Below, piece after piece: positions 10,401 through 22,545 of a stretch of 64,000 nt of DNA; the first letter of the stretch is position 1, and each line of letters begins with the position of its first letter. A program made the position numbers and the translations under genes. Under the pieces are notes generated by a model. That model searched no databases. It had not been told where the DNA came from and worked only from the letters and a program-made list of their open reading frames with translations. Location of the stretch: assembly GCF_963921235.1 (NCBI RefSeq), contig NC_086106.1, positions 16,678,001 to 16,742,000 of the forward strand, written 5' to 3'. Source of the stretch: Mobula hypostoma (lineage: Eukaryota).

Positions 10401-13400
10401 GAGACTGGCGATCACCATTCGAGTTTTGGCTTCAGGTGGAAGTGCAGCTACAAACTGGCGTCAAGCACAGGGTCCTCCATAATTTCGGAGGTCTGTGAAG
10501 CTTTATGGAAAGCATTGCAGCCAGAGTTCCATCCCCGCCCTTCAGTCGCCCAAAGGGAAGCTATTGCAGCGTAGGAGGAAATGCGATGCTACCAAGCAGA
10601 CCAATCACAGTTGTTGCGGTCTGCGTCGCCGCGACGCGTAGTTACATTTTTGGGGAGGTGCACGTCAGGCTACGGCGTAGGGTACGCGGCTACGCCGTAA
10701 CTACGGTGTCGATTTGATGCACAAGTATGAATTGGCCTTAAGGTTCCTTCCCCACCCTGTCAGCTTCTGCTGATCCGGAGGAAACAGTCCCATCCTGCCT
10801 GGTCTCTCCCAGTGACTGATGCCCTCCGAACAGGGCATTGACCTGGAGAATCTCCCCTGCACCCTGTTCATTGTGTAGAGACCAGTACTCCCAGCCACGG
10901 TCTAACCAGGGTTTTGTACCTCTGAAGTGTGACTCTTGTACTCAGTACCCCGACCGATGCGGGCCAGCGTGCCCTGTGCCATCTCCACCAGCTTGTCCGC
11001 CTCTGTCAGTGAGCTGTGGACTTGCTCCCTCTATCCGCCTATGTTCCTCACCACTTCCTGTGTGTGTCCTATCCCGGTTAGACCCCTAAAATGCTGTCTG
11101 CCCGGTGCCTGGTACTTCCCTTTGATCAAGGGCGTCGGTAGGTATGGTAGATATCCCAGGGAAATGATTGAATGTGGCCAGGAATATAACGTTCCACAGG
11201 AGAAATGAGTCTCTGTAAACCAGGAAACAGACGCGGTCAACAATAGCCTTGTGTGGACTCTCTCCAATTCCTGATGCAGCCAGAGTAGAATCCCTCTCCC
11301 TTGTGTGTTCGGCTCTTTTCCCCCTCCCAGTTGTTAGCTGTGGTGATCCTGACCCCCCCGGCCCTGTCACTGACTCCTGTGGGAAACATTCTCTATCACA
11401 CCTCGATCAATGGCCCTCTCACTGCTCATGGTTCTGCTGCCTGTGTGTGATGGGACGGTGTGGAGGGAGTTTCACTCTGTGTCTGATCCCGGGAGTGTGT
11501 GATGGGACGGTGTGGAGGGAGTTTCACTCTGTGTCTGATCCCGGGAGTGTGTGATGGGACGGTGTGGAGGGAGCTTCACTCTGTGTCTGACCCTGGGAGT
11601 GTGTGATGGGACGGTGTGGAGGGAGTTTCACTCTGTGTCTGACCCCGGGAGTGTGTGATGGGACGGTGTGGAGGGAGCTTCACTCTGTGTCTGACCCCGG
11701 GAGTGTGTGATGGGACGGTGTGGAGGGAGATTCACTCTGTGTCTGACCCCGGGAGTGTGTGATGGGACGGTGTGGAGGGAGTTTCACTCTGTCTGACCCC
11801 GGGAGTGTGTGATGGGACGGTGTGGAGGGAGTTTCACTCTGTCTGACCCCGGGAGTGTGTGATGGGACGGTGTGGAGGGAGTTTCACTCTGTCTGACCCC
11901 GGGAGTGTGTGATGGGACGGTGTGGAGGGAGTTTCACTCTGTGTCTGACCCCGGGAGTGTGTGATGGGACGGTGTGGAGGGAGATTCACTCTGTGTCTGA
12001 CCCCGGGAGTGTGTGATGGGACGGTGTGGAGGGAGTTTCACCTTGTGTCTGACCCCGGGAGTGTGTGATGGGACGGTGTGGAGGGAGTTTCACTCTGTGT
12101 CTGACCCCGGGAGTGTGTGATGGGACGGTGTGGAGGGAGTTTCACTCTGTCTGACCCCGGGAGTGTGTGATGGGATGGTGTGGAGGGAGTTTCACTCTGT
12201 CTGACCATGGGAGTGTGTGATGGGACGGTGTGGAGGGAGCTTCACTCTGTGTCTGACCCCGGGAGTGTGTGATGGGACGGTGTGGAGGGAGTTTCACTCT
12301 GTGTCTGACCCCGGGAGTGTGTGATGGGACGATGTGGAGGGAGCTTCACTCTGTGTCTGACCCCGGGAGTGTGTGATGGGACGGTGTGGAGGGAGTTTCA
12401 CTCTGTCTGACCCCGGGAGTGTGTGATGGGACGGTGTGGAGGGAGTTTCACTCTGTCTGACCCCGGGAGTGTGTGATGGGACGGTGTGGAGGGAGTTTCA
12501 CTCTGTGTCTGACCCCGGGAGTGTGTGATGGGACGGTGTGGAGGAGTTTCACTCTGTCTGACCATGGGAGTGTGTGATGGGACGGTGTGGAGGGAGTTTC
12601 ACTCCGTGTCTGACCTCGGGAGTGTGTGATGGGATGGTGTGGAGGGAGTTTCACTCTGTGTTTGACCCCGGGAGTGTGTGATGGGACGGTGTGGAGGGAG
12701 TTTCACTCTGTGTCTGACCCCGGGAGTGTGTGATGGGATGGTGTGGAGGGAGTTTCACTCTGTGTCTGACCCCGGGAGTGTGTGATGGGACGGTGTGGAG
12801 GGAGTTTCACTCTGTCTGACCATGGGAGTGTGTGATGGGACGGTGTGGAGGGAGTTTCACTCTGTGTCTGACCCCGGGAGTGTGTGATGGGACGGTGTGG
12901 AGGGAGATTCACTCTGTGTCTGACCCCGGGAGTGTGTGATAGGACGGTGTGGAGGGAGTTTCACTCTGTGTCTGACCCCGGGAGTGTGTGACGGGACGGT
13001 GTGGAGGGAGTTTCACTGTGTGTCTGACTCCGGGAGTGTGTGATGGGACGGTGTGGAGGGAGTTTCACTCTGTGTCTGACCCCGGGAGTGTGTGATGGGA
13101 CGGTGTGGAGGGAGTTTCACTCTGTGTCTGACCCCAGGAGTGTGTGATGGGACGGTGTGGAGGGAGTTTCACTCTGTGTCTGACCCTGAGAGTGTGTGAT
13201 GGGACGGTGTGGAGGGAGTTTCACTCTGTGTCTGACCCTGGTCTGATACTAAGATAGGTGGAGTTGTGGATAATGAAGTAGGTTTTCAAAGCTTGCAGAG
13301 AGATTTAGGCCAGTTAGAGGAGTGGGCTGAAAGATGGCAGATGGAGTTTAATGCTGATGAGTGTGAGGTGGTACATTTTGGTAGGACTAATCAAAATAGG

Positions 13401-16400
13401 ACATACATGGTAAATGGCAAGGCATTGAAGAATGCTGTAGAACAGAGGGATCTGGGAATAATGGTGCATAGTTCCCTGAAGGTGGAATCTCATGTGGATA
13501 GGGTGGTGAAGAAAGCTTTCGGTTTGCTGGCCTTTATAAATCAGAGCATTGAGTGTAGGAGTTGGGATGTAATGTTGAAATTGTACAATTTGGTGAGGCC
13601 AAATTTGGAGTCTTGTGTACAGTTCTGGTTACTAAATTATAGGAAAGATGTCAACAAAATAGAGAGAGTACAGAGAAGATTTACCAGAATGTTACCTGGG
13701 TTTCATCACCTAAGTTACAGAGAAAGGTTGAACAAGTTGGGTCTTTATTCTTTGGAGTGTAGAAGGTTGAGGGGGGACTTAATAGAGGTATTTAAAATTA
13801 TGAGGGGGATAGATAGAGTTGACGTGGAAAGGCTTTTTCCATTGAGAGTGGGGAAGATTCAAACAAGAGGACGTGAGTTGAGAGTGAAAGGACAAAAGTT
13901 TAGGGGTAACACAAGGGGGAACTTCTTTACTCAGAGAGTGGTAGCTGTGTGGAATGAGCTTCCAGCAGAAGTGGTTGAAGCAGGTTCGATGTTGTCATTT
14001 AAGGTTAAATTGGACAGCTATATGGACAGGAAAGGAATGGAGGGTTATGGGCTGAGTGCAGGTTGGTGGGACTAGGATAGGGTAAGAGTTTGGCTTGGAC
14101 TAGAAGGGCCGAGATGGCCTGTTTCTGTGCTGTATTTGTTATATGGTGTGGAGGGAGCCTCACTCTCAGACAGGACAGGCTCTGTGATCGTCACTCCGTG
14201 CCTGTCTCTCCCCCTCAGACCTTCCACACACCGAGCCTGGGGGATGAGGAATTTGAGATTCCCCCCATCTCTCTGCCCCTGGAAGCAGACGCTGACGTGG
14301 CCTGCCACTTCGACCTCAGTGACCCAGCCAGCACGCAGGACAATGGCTTCTCCACCCAGTTCACCTCTGCACCCCTCGAGCTGTCGCTGCCCCTCTCCCA
14401 GGGAGTGATGGAGCCCGGAACCAGTCTTGTGGGTAGCCTGAGCGTGGTAAGTGACTGCCCCAGGCCCTGCAGACCTGCGTGTGCAGAATCCACCATTTCC
14501 TGCAGGCGGGGAGAGGGTGTCAGAGATGGGGGGGGGAGGGGGGCGGGGGGGACGTCAAGGCAGGGCACAGGGGAGGGAGAGGGACGTGGAGGGAGGAGCA
14601 CTTGGAAACAGCGAGGGGTACAGGAGAGGAAGAGGGTCCCGGAGACAAGGAGGGGGCTATGGAGATGGGAGGGAGGGGGTTTGTGGATATGGGGGAAGGA
14701 GGTTGTGGAGATGGGGAGGGGCGCTGGGCCGGAGGGGTTTGTGGAGATGGGGGGAGGGGGTTGTGGAGATGGGGAGAGGCGCTGGGCGGGGGGGGTTTGT
14801 GGAGATGGGGAGGGAGGGGGTTGTGGAGATGGGGAAGGAGGGGGTTGTGTTGATGGGGTGGGGTGCTGGGCAGGGCGATGATCACAGTGAGGGAGGGAGA
14901 CGGGGTTTGGGGCACAAGGGAGGGAGGGGGTCATTGTCTCAATGGCATCTGCTCCCCCTGACGCTCTCTCTCTTCCCCCGCCCCCCACTCCCTGCAGGAC
15001 CTGGGGCAGCCGGTGGGCACGCAGTTCGGAGGCTCCCCCCTTGCGACCACCGTGTCGGCGGGACCCCACGCCTCGCTGACCACCATCGACCAGTCGGAGC
15101 TGAGCACCCAGCTGGGGCTGGGCCTGGGGGCGAGTGAGATCCTGAGCCCCCAGGCCACTCCCGGGGACAGGAGCTCGCCCCCACCCTCCCCGGCCAGTTC
15201 CACCCACGAGGAGGAGGGCGAGGACTTCCGCAGGGTGAGTACTGCACGGTGTCCGTCCCGGGAGCCCCCACCCACACCCCTTCATCTTGGGGACCCCCTT
15301 CTCCACCCACTCCCCTCCAAAATCACCTCATTTTTGGTAACCACCTCCTCTCAGTATACTACCCACCCCCTCACAACCCCCTCCTACCCCTTTCCTAACC
15401 CATCCCTCCTCACTGGGAATCCTCCCACCCTCCCCCTCCCTGCTCGTGTTCCACCCCGCTACCCGACAGGTGATTGTACCCGACCTCTTCCTACCTTCCC
15501 CTCTGGCCGCCCTCCTCCCTCACTGACTCTCCCCTCCTCGCCCCGCAGGGCCTGGCAGAGAGGCCCCCTCCCGCGGAGGGTCCGCGCAAAGGGAAGGGCT
15601 CGAAGCGACGCAGGAAGAAGGACCCCAACGAGCCCCAGAAGCCGGTCTCGGCCTACGCCCTCTTCTTCCGCGACACGCAGGCCGCCATCAAAGGGCAGAA
15701 CCCCAACGCTACCTTCGGAGAGGTCTCCAAGATCGTCGCCTCCATGTGGGACAGCCTGGGCGAGGAGCAGAAACAGGTTATTTTCCACAAAAATACCTTC
15801 ATTGCAACTTTGCCAATGGAAAGAGACGGTAACGGTTACCATGGCAAGCTGAATTAAAATGTTCCCTTCCATTAATGTTCGTCGCCTGGGGTGCCCAACC
15901 GTCCCGGAACACCTCCATGGTACCGTGAGTTCCTTCCCCACGGTTACCCAGGCACGAACATACCCCCGGAAAATTACCAGGCAGTCTGTCCGGGCGGAGC
16001 TCTCTCCTGGCCTCATCCAGGGACCACCTCTGCCAGTCCCAGGACGAAGTATTCTGGGGTATCCTCCTCTTCCCTGCTTGCCTCCCTCCATACTGGATGA
16101 CCAAATATAAATAGGGTGGGGTTAAAATGCAGCCGGGAGGCGAGGGGCAGCCCTCACAGATATGAAAAAAGGGCTGCAGCCTCGTGTGGAAGTCGAATCT
16201 GGATTAAAGTCACTCAGAGACCGTACAAGTACAAACTCTTTATTCAAAGCACCTGGGGCTCGCTCAGTTCGTCGCTCGAACACGAACGGTCTGTGACTGT
16301 TCCTGCCCGGTCCACCAGCTCACTGACAATTCCCCTTACAAAGCAGATCTATTTGTTCAGATACGCCCCCCCCCCCCACACAAGACAGGCAAAATTATCC

Positions 16401-19400
16401 ATTACAGGACAGCCCCGAAAGACACATTACAGAATAGGCATAATGGACAGGACGTACAGAAACAGGCTGGAGTGGTCCTATCTCTACGCACGAGTGCGCA
16501 AGGAGAGAAGCTTCCTGAAACCCTAGCTCGCCACCTTCCAGAGAAATATGGCTCAGCATGGCTTAGCACATCTGCTGATCATCAGCGGTTTCTTTCAGGA
16601 AAAAACAGGCTACTATTCTTCAACGAAGTGTTAATCCTTTTAGGTACTCTTATCACCCGTACACGCCATGTTCGCAGAGAACACGGTCTCTTCCAGTCAG
16701 TAGGGGTGACAGGCGGCTGGGAGATCAGTGTGGAAGCTTAAGAATTCATTGCAAGGCATAGCCCCAACCCCAGCTCCTGCAATGTACAAGGGAAAGACAC
16801 CCACGTTGAGGGACTTTCACTGAGGACCCCCTCTTTCCCGGGGGGGAGGAACGGACCACTTCGGCATGGTGGAGCGGTGAACAAAGGCGAGGGACAGGGA
16901 GGGGAGAGAGATGGGAAAGGAGAGAGGGAAGTCTCCAAGAGATTGGTGGGTTGCTGAGGGGCAGTCTGGGGAGGTGACATCTTGGTGATGAGGGGAGAGG
17001 GGTCAGCTGGGGGGGAGGGGGCTGTAGATGCAGGAGGGGCCCCCGTCACTTCTGCCATCTCACCATAAACTCTTCCCGCCCCCACAGATCTACAAACGGA
17101 AAACCGAGGCGGCGAAGAAGGAATATCTCAAGGCGCTGGCTTCGTATAGGGCTGGGCTGGAGACCAAGGTGGGAACTTCAGTCTGTGTCTGACTTTGTGA
17201 CGGTGTGGAGGGAGTTCGGGAGTGTGTGATGGGATGGTGTGGAAGGAGCTTCACTCTGTGTCTGACCCCGGGAGTGTATGATGGGATGGTGTGGAAGGAG
17301 CTTCACTCTGTGTCTGACCCCGGGAGTGTGTGATGGGACGGTGTGGAGGGAGTTTCACTCTGTGTCTGACCCCGGGAGTGTGTGATGGGATGGTGTGGAG
17401 GGAGATTCACTCTGTGTCTGACCCCGGGAGTGTGTGATGGGATGGTGTGGAGGGAGATTCACTCTGTGTCTGACCCTGGGAGTGTGTGATGTGACGGTGT
17501 GCAGGGAGTTTCACTCTGTGTCTGACCCCGGGAGTGTGTGATGGGATGGTGTGGAGGGAGTTTCACTCTGTGTCTGACCCCGGGAGTGTGTGATGGGATG
17601 GTGTGGAGGGAGATTCACTCTGTGTCTGACCCTGGGAGTGTGTGATGTGACGGTGTGCAGGGAGTTTCACTCTGTGTCTGACCCCGGGAGTGTGTGATGG
17701 GACGGTGTGGAGGGAGATTCACTCTGTGTCTGACCCCGGGAGTGTATGATGGGATGGTGTGGAAGGAGCTTCACTCTGTGTCTGACCCCGGGAGTGTGTG
17801 ATGGGACGGTGTGGAGGGAGTTTCACTCTGTGTCTGACCCCGGGAGTGTGTGATGGGATGGTGTGGAGGGAGATTCACTCTGTGTCTGACCCCGGGAGTG
17901 TGTGATGGGATGGTGTGGAGGGAGATTCACTCTGTGTCTGACCCTGGGAGTGTGTGATGTGACGGTGTGCAGGGAGTTTCACTCTGTGTCTGACCCCGGG
18001 AGTGTGTGATGGGATGGTGTGGAGGGAGTTTCACTCTGTGTCTGACCCCGGGAGTGTGTGATGGGATGGTGTGGAGGGAGATTCACTCTGTGTCTGACCC
18101 TGGGAGTGTGTGATGTGACGGTGTGCAGGGAGTTTCACTCTGTGTCTGACCCCGGGAGTGTGTGATGGGACGGTGTGGAGGGAGATTCACTCTGTGTCTC
18201 ACCCCGGGAGTGTGTGATGGGACGGTGTGGAGGGAGATACACTCTGTGGCTGACCCCGGGAGTGTGTGATGCGACGGTGTGGAGGGAGTTTCACTCTGTG
18301 TCTGACCCCGGGAGTGTGTGATGGGACGGTGTGCAGGGAGTTTCACTCTGTGTCTGACCCCGGGAGTGTGTGATGGGACGGTGTGGAGGGAGATTCACTC
18401 TGTGTCTGACCCCGGGAGTGTGTGATGGGACGGTGTGGAGGGAGATACACTCTGTGGCTGACCCCGGGAGTGTGTGATGCGACGGTGTGGAGGGAGTTTC
18501 ACTCTGTGTCTGACCCCGGGAGTGTGTGATGGGACGGTGTGCAGGGAGTTTCACTCTGTGTCTGACCCCGGGAGTGTGTGATGGGACGGTGTGGAGGGAG
18601 ATTCACTCTGTGTCTGACCCCGGGAGTGTGTGATGGGACGGTGTGGAGGGAGATTCACTCTGTGGCTGACCCCGGGAGTGTGTGAGAGTGAGTGAGTTTG
18701 TGTGGGGTGGGGTGGGGTGGAGACAGGTGTCCTGTTTGTGTGCAGGGTGGTATCTCATCCTCTGCCTCTCTCCCCGCAGACCGCCGTGGACTCCGCTGAG
18801 GGAGAGATGCAGGCGCCCGCCGAGGAGCCGACGACCGCCCCCACCTCGCTGCTAGTGCCCGCGCCCTCGCCCGCCCCGTCACCCTCCCTGACGCGCCCCC
18901 CATCAGTCACCACCCGCCAGATGACCCAGGGTCTGGTGACGGTGCTGGCCCCCACCCCCCAGCTGCTGCAGCTGCAGATCCCCGCCACCCGCGCCCAGCG
19001 GCTGCAGGCCCCGCCCCCCCTGCAGCCCATGCCGCCGCCCCCCCTGCAGGCCGTCTCGCAGCCCCGGCCGCCCCCCCTGCAGGCCGCGGCCCAGCCCCGG
19101 CTCAGGCCCGGCCTGACCTCCGCCCCCCCTCCGCCCCCGCCCCTCCAGGTGCAGATCATCCAGCTGCAGCCCCTGGCCCCCGCCCCCACCGTCACCATCG
19201 CCGCGCCCCCGGCCCCGGCCCCAGCCCCGCTCCCCACCCAGCGCGTGGCCGAGGGGGTGACCCTCCTCGCCATCCCCAGCACCAGCGCACAGGCTGAGCC
19301 CCAGGTGAGTCCGGGGGAGGAAGGCAGCACGGGTCGTGGGGGTGGGGAGAGAGGGCAAATGGAGGGAGGTACAGAGAGCAGGAGGGAGACGGGAAGGGTG

Positions 19401-20056
19401 GTGTCGGGGGAGGGAGAGAGTGGGAAAGGGAGGAAGGGGGAAAGAGTGAAGAAGGAGGAGGTTGAGGGATAGGTAGGCAGAGGAAGAGATGGAAGTTGTA
19501 TGGAGGGAGAAACTGAGGTGGGGGGAGAAGGTGAGGAACAGGACAACTGATTTAGAAGAGGGAGGGGTGTAGAGACGAGAAATGGGAGGAGGGAGGGTTT
19601 GGAGAGTTACTGTGGTAATATGACCGACCCTTGTTTCAATCTTCACCCCCCGTCCCCCCGTCCCAGCTGGAGAACTGTGGGCAGCCGTCGGTGGAGTTGG
19701 TGAGCGGCTCCCCCTCGCCGGTGAGGGAGCCCACCCCAGGGCCGGGGGTGTGCGTGCGTAGCGGCTGCAACAACAGCCCCGTGCCCAGCCCCGACTGGGA
19801 CAACGAATACTGCAGCAGCCAGTGTGTGGTGCAGCACTGCAGGTGCGTGGCGGGGAGGTGGGACGGGGCGAGGGCAACGGGAGGGGAGGGGCTGGAAGAT
19901 CAGAGGGAGGTGCCCAGGGCAGCCTCCTGTTGGGGTGTCTGGACAGGCTGTGGACAGTGGTATCAGTGCTAACGGTATCTCCTCCTCCCCCACAGGGATG
20001 TGTTCATGGCCTGGGTCTCCACTCGGAACCAGAGCCCCGTCACCTCGGTGAAGTAG
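7490..20056 (+). CDS. TOX4: TOX high mobility group box family member 4, complete spliced CDS (9 exons, 1611 nt, about 536 aa)
   Basis: join(7490..7495,8195..8263,14219..14446,14998..15234,15549..15776,17088..17168,18780..19304,19667..19842,19996..20056). All introns GT-AG and phases compatible. Protein [44 protein letters not shown] ... HMG box [74 protein letters not shown] ... C-terminal [30 protein letters not shown], which is TOX4-specific among TOX paralogues. Confidence 0.96.
8195..8263 (+). CDS. TOX4: TOX4 coding exon 2
   Basis: ccccacag|[23 protein letters not shown]|gtgagg. Confidence 0.95.
8480..9690 (-). mobile_element. CR1-type LINE ORF2 3' fragment spanning gap 8737-9062
   Basis: [24 protein letters not shown]; RTRGHSL...[11 protein letters not shown]. 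Confidence 0.8.
10066..10738 (+). mobile_element. PIF/Harbinger deletion derivative in TOX4 intron 2
   Basis: TIRs AGGCTGATTTGTACCTGTGC / GCACAAGTATGAATTGGCCT, TAA target duplication on both sides, HARBI1-like remnants ([19 protein letters not shown]; [19 protein letters not shown]). Confidence 0.85.
11443..13241. repeat. 52-bp minisatellite (about 35 copies), TOX4 intron 2
   Basis: Unit gtgtgtgatgggacggtgtggagggagtttcactctgtgtctgaccccggga, with 50-bp variants. Confidence 0.97.
13242..14140 (+). mobile_element. 5'-truncated CR1 LINE with open 269-aa RT C-terminus
   Basis: ORF 13266-14075 LQRDL...WQMEFN...LVRPNLE.CVQFW...[11 protein letters not shown]...FFTQRVV; a remnant of the 52-mer follows at 14143-14166. 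Confidence 0.92.
14219..14446 (+). CDS. TOX4: TOX4 coding exon 3
   Basis: cctcag|[19 protein letters not shown]...GSLSV|gtaagt. Confidence 0.95.
14998..15234 (+). CDS. TOX4: TOX4 coding exon 4
   Basis: ctgcag|[10 protein letters not shown]...[15 protein letters not shown]...EDFRR|gtgagt. Confidence 0.95.
15549..15776 (+). CDS. TOX4: TOX4 coding exon 5 (basic NLS and most of the HMG box)
   Basis: ccgcag|GLAER...[26 protein letters not shown]...GEEQKQ|gttatt (weak donor). Confidence 0.95.
15779..16820 (-). mobile_element. Possible LTR/ERV-like insertion in TOX4 intron 5
   Basis: Composition differs from the flanking intron; minus strand begins TGAAAGTCCC at 16819 and has an AATAAA at about 16240; no TSD or PBS confirmed. 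Confidence 0.35.
17088..17168 (+). CDS. TOX4: TOX4 coding exon 6 (end of HMG box)
   Basis: ccacag|[27 protein letters not shown]|gtggga; too short for the ORF track. Confidence 0.95.
17181..18685. repeat. 52-bp minisatellite (about 28 copies), TOX4 intron 6; same unit as intron 2
   Basis: Same consensus; internal 468-bp (9-unit) and 208-bp (4-unit) duplications. Confidence 0.97.
18780..19304 (+). CDS. TOX4: TOX4 coding exon 7 (Pro/Gln-rich)
   Basis: ccgcag|TAVDSAEG...MTQGLVTVL...PPPLQ repeats...QAEPQ|gtgagt. Confidence 0.9.
19667..19842 (+). CDS. TOX4: TOX4 coding exon 8 (Cys-rich C-terminal motif)
   Basis: tcccag|[16 protein letters not shown]...CVRSGCNN...[16 protein letters not shown]-ag|gtgcgt. 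Confidence 0.95.
19996..20056 (+). CDS. TOX4: TOX4 coding exon 9 (last)
   Basis: ccacag|[23 protein letters not shown]. Confidence 0.95.
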
Positions 20057-20283
20057 AGGGCAGAGATCGTGACTCAGGGACTTCACGGGACTCGGAAGGA
20101 AGCCCCAGGCAGGGAACCGCAATCCCAGCCAGCGTCGCGTGTGGACGGGGGACGAGGGAGAATCTGGGAGCATAGCATGGGATCAGAAAGGAGAGGGGGC
20201 GCCAGGAGCCAGGGATAGGATCGCTGCCCACTGTGACTGGATTCTGGGTGCCTCCTCGCTGCCTGCCTTCCCTGAATGTTCCC

Positions 20284-20289
20284 AATAAA
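20284..20289 (+). terminator. Probable TOX4 polyadenylation signal
   Basis: AATAAA about 230 nt after the stop, followed by a GT/T-rich tract (ctgtatgttgtctttctcttt). Confidence 0.75.
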
Positions 20290-20519
20290 CATATTACCCA
20301 CACTCTGTATGTTGTCTTTCTCTTTAACCCTGTCCGAGACTAGTCAACATCTGCAGATACCACACACCAGTGTTACATAGTGAGAGACTCCACATCCACT
20401 GGTACCGTACCCTCGTGTTAATCAGGGACCCCCCCTGAAGTCCGGTCTTCTACACTGACAGACCCGTCCCCACCGGTAACGTACCCCGGTGTTATACACT
20501 GACAGATTCCTGACTCCAT

Positions 20520-21495
20520 ATCCCTGGGTCAGGCCCACACCAGGAGGACCGTGCACGGTTCCCGTCTCCGTATCCCCGGGTCTGACCCACGCCGGGAGCA
20601 CCGCGCACGGTTCCCGTCTCCGTACCCCCGGGTCAGACCCACGCCGGGAGCACCGCGCACGGTTCCCGTCTCCGTACCCCCGGGTCAGACCCACGCCGGG
20701 AGCACCGCGCACGGTTCCCGTCTCCGTACCCCCGGGTCAGACCCACGCCGGGAGCACCGCGCACGGTTCCCGTCTCCGTACCCCCGGGTCAGACCCACGC
20801 CGGGAGCACCGCGCACGGTTCCCGTCTCCGTACCCCCGGGTCAGACCCACGCCGGGAGCACCGCGCACGGTTCCCGTCTCCGTACCCCCGGGTCTGACCC
20901 ACGCCGGGAGCACCGCGCACGGTTCCCGTCTCCGTACCCCCGGGTCAGACACACGCCGGGAGCACCGCGCACGGTTCCCGTCTCCGTACCCCCGGGTCAG
21001 ACCCACGCCGGGAGCACCGCGCACGGTTCCCGTCTCCGTATCCCCGGGTCAGACCCACGCCGGGAGCACCGCGCACGGTTCCCGTCTCCGTATCCCCGGG
21101 TCAGACCCACGCCGGGAGCACCGCGCACGGTTCCCGTCTCCGTACCCCCGGGTCAGACCCACGCCGGGAGCACCGCGCACGGTTCCCGTCTCCGTATCCC
21201 CGGGTCAGACCCACGCCGGGAGCACCGCGCACGGTTCCCGTCTCCGTACCCCCGGGTCAGACACACGCCGGGAGCACCGCGCACGGTTCCCGTCTCCGTA
21301 CCCCCGGGTCAGACCCACGCCGGGAGCACCGCGCACGGTTCCCGTCTCCGTACCCCCGGGTCAGACCCACGCCGGGAGCACCGCGCACGGTTCCCGTCTC
21401 CGTACCCCCGGGTCAGACCCACGCCGGGAGCACCGCGCACGGTTCCTGTCTCCGTATCCCTGGGCCAGACCCACACCGGGAGCACCGCGCCTGGT
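20520..21495. repeat. CpG-rich 52-bp minisatellite (about 18 copies) downstream of TOX4
   Basis: Unit ccgggagcaccgcgcacggttcccgtctccgtacccccgggtcagacccacg. Confidence 0.97.
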
Positions 21496-21751
21496 TCCTC
21501 ACTTCGGAAGGGTCAAAGTGGAGTTTTGTCAGATGCACGGGTGCATGCCCTGCCTGCACCATTACAGTGAAAAACCAGCAGCTTTGCAGGCAATTACATT
21601 ACAATCAGAAACAAGTGTTTTCTGAACTACTGTAAGTTGTACAATTTGTTATTTTGTGGTAGCAGTATGGTAGAGGACAGAAAAAAGCACTATAGGTTAC
21701 AATAAGGAATATAAAATATAAATGCAAAAAGAGGTGAAATAGGTAGTGATC

Positions 21752-22545
21752 TTTTCTTTTCAAATCTTTTTCTTGTATATATAGGAAAAATAACATGAGT
21801 ACATCGAAGTAACAACAATTACAATGCCTCAGAAAAAACCCATCATCTGAAAGATTGAAAACAAAATTTTGTGATAACAAAAAAAACCTACTGAGTAGAA
21901 AAGTGAGGGAAAAGAAAAAAGAGAACCCATTAGGTGTACAACCCCAGAGCCATGCGTCATACAAAAAGCTTCTAAAAATAAACATCAAACCGCCAGCAAG
22001 AACAGAAAATATACTAAAAAAAATTTACAATTAGATCGTGGAAAAATTCTATCAATTAACTCAAATGATAATAACGAGCAAATGAGCCCCATCTTTTCTC
22101 AAAATCAAATAAAGGTTCAAAGGTTCGACTTCTAATTTTCTCCAAACTAAGACATCGCATCACTTGAGAGAACCATTGTGACAAAAGTGGGAGCTGACGT
22201 ATCCTTCCACTTCAACAAAATGGCCCTCCTAGCTATCAATGTAACAAATGCAATAACATGTTGGTCAGACACAGAAATACCATGAATATTTTGAGGAACT
22301 ATTCCAAAAAGCACAGTTCATTGATTGGGTTGTAAATTATAATTATCATTATCATTTGACAAAGGAGAGACTTTCTAAAATCTTTCCTAATGTTGATAGT
22401 CATTGTGATAGATGTAAAACTGAGATAGCTACACTAACACATATGTTTTGGTCTTGTTCTATATTGGAACAGTTCTGGAAGTTGGTTTTTTTCAACAATT
22501 TCTAAAGCACTTAAAATTAATTTACAACCTCATAAATTAACTGTG
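21752..22545 (-). mobile_element. L1-clade LINE 3' end with inverted 5' segment
   Basis: Cys-rich CDRC...THMFWSC on + (about 22357-22545) and its continuation IAFVTLIARRAILLKWK plus 3' UTR on -; 11-bp TSD AGGTAGTGATC. Confidence 0.85.

Noticed and set aside
11443-13241. CRISPR-like regular repeats
   Set aside because: No unique spacers, no cas genes, eukaryotic intron; an ordinary minisatellite
15835-15848. RFX X-box-like GTTACCATGGCAAG as a ciliary enhancer for CIROP
   Set aside because: Imperfect match inside a probable insertion about 15 kb from CIROP; no supporting evidence
14215-19877. Long minus-strand ORFs opposite TOX4 exons
   Set aside because: Antisense shadows of GC-rich exons and purine-rich introns
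20489-21625. 378-aa and 339-aa repetitive ORFs
   Set aside because: Produced by the stop-poor GC-rich 52-bp repeat
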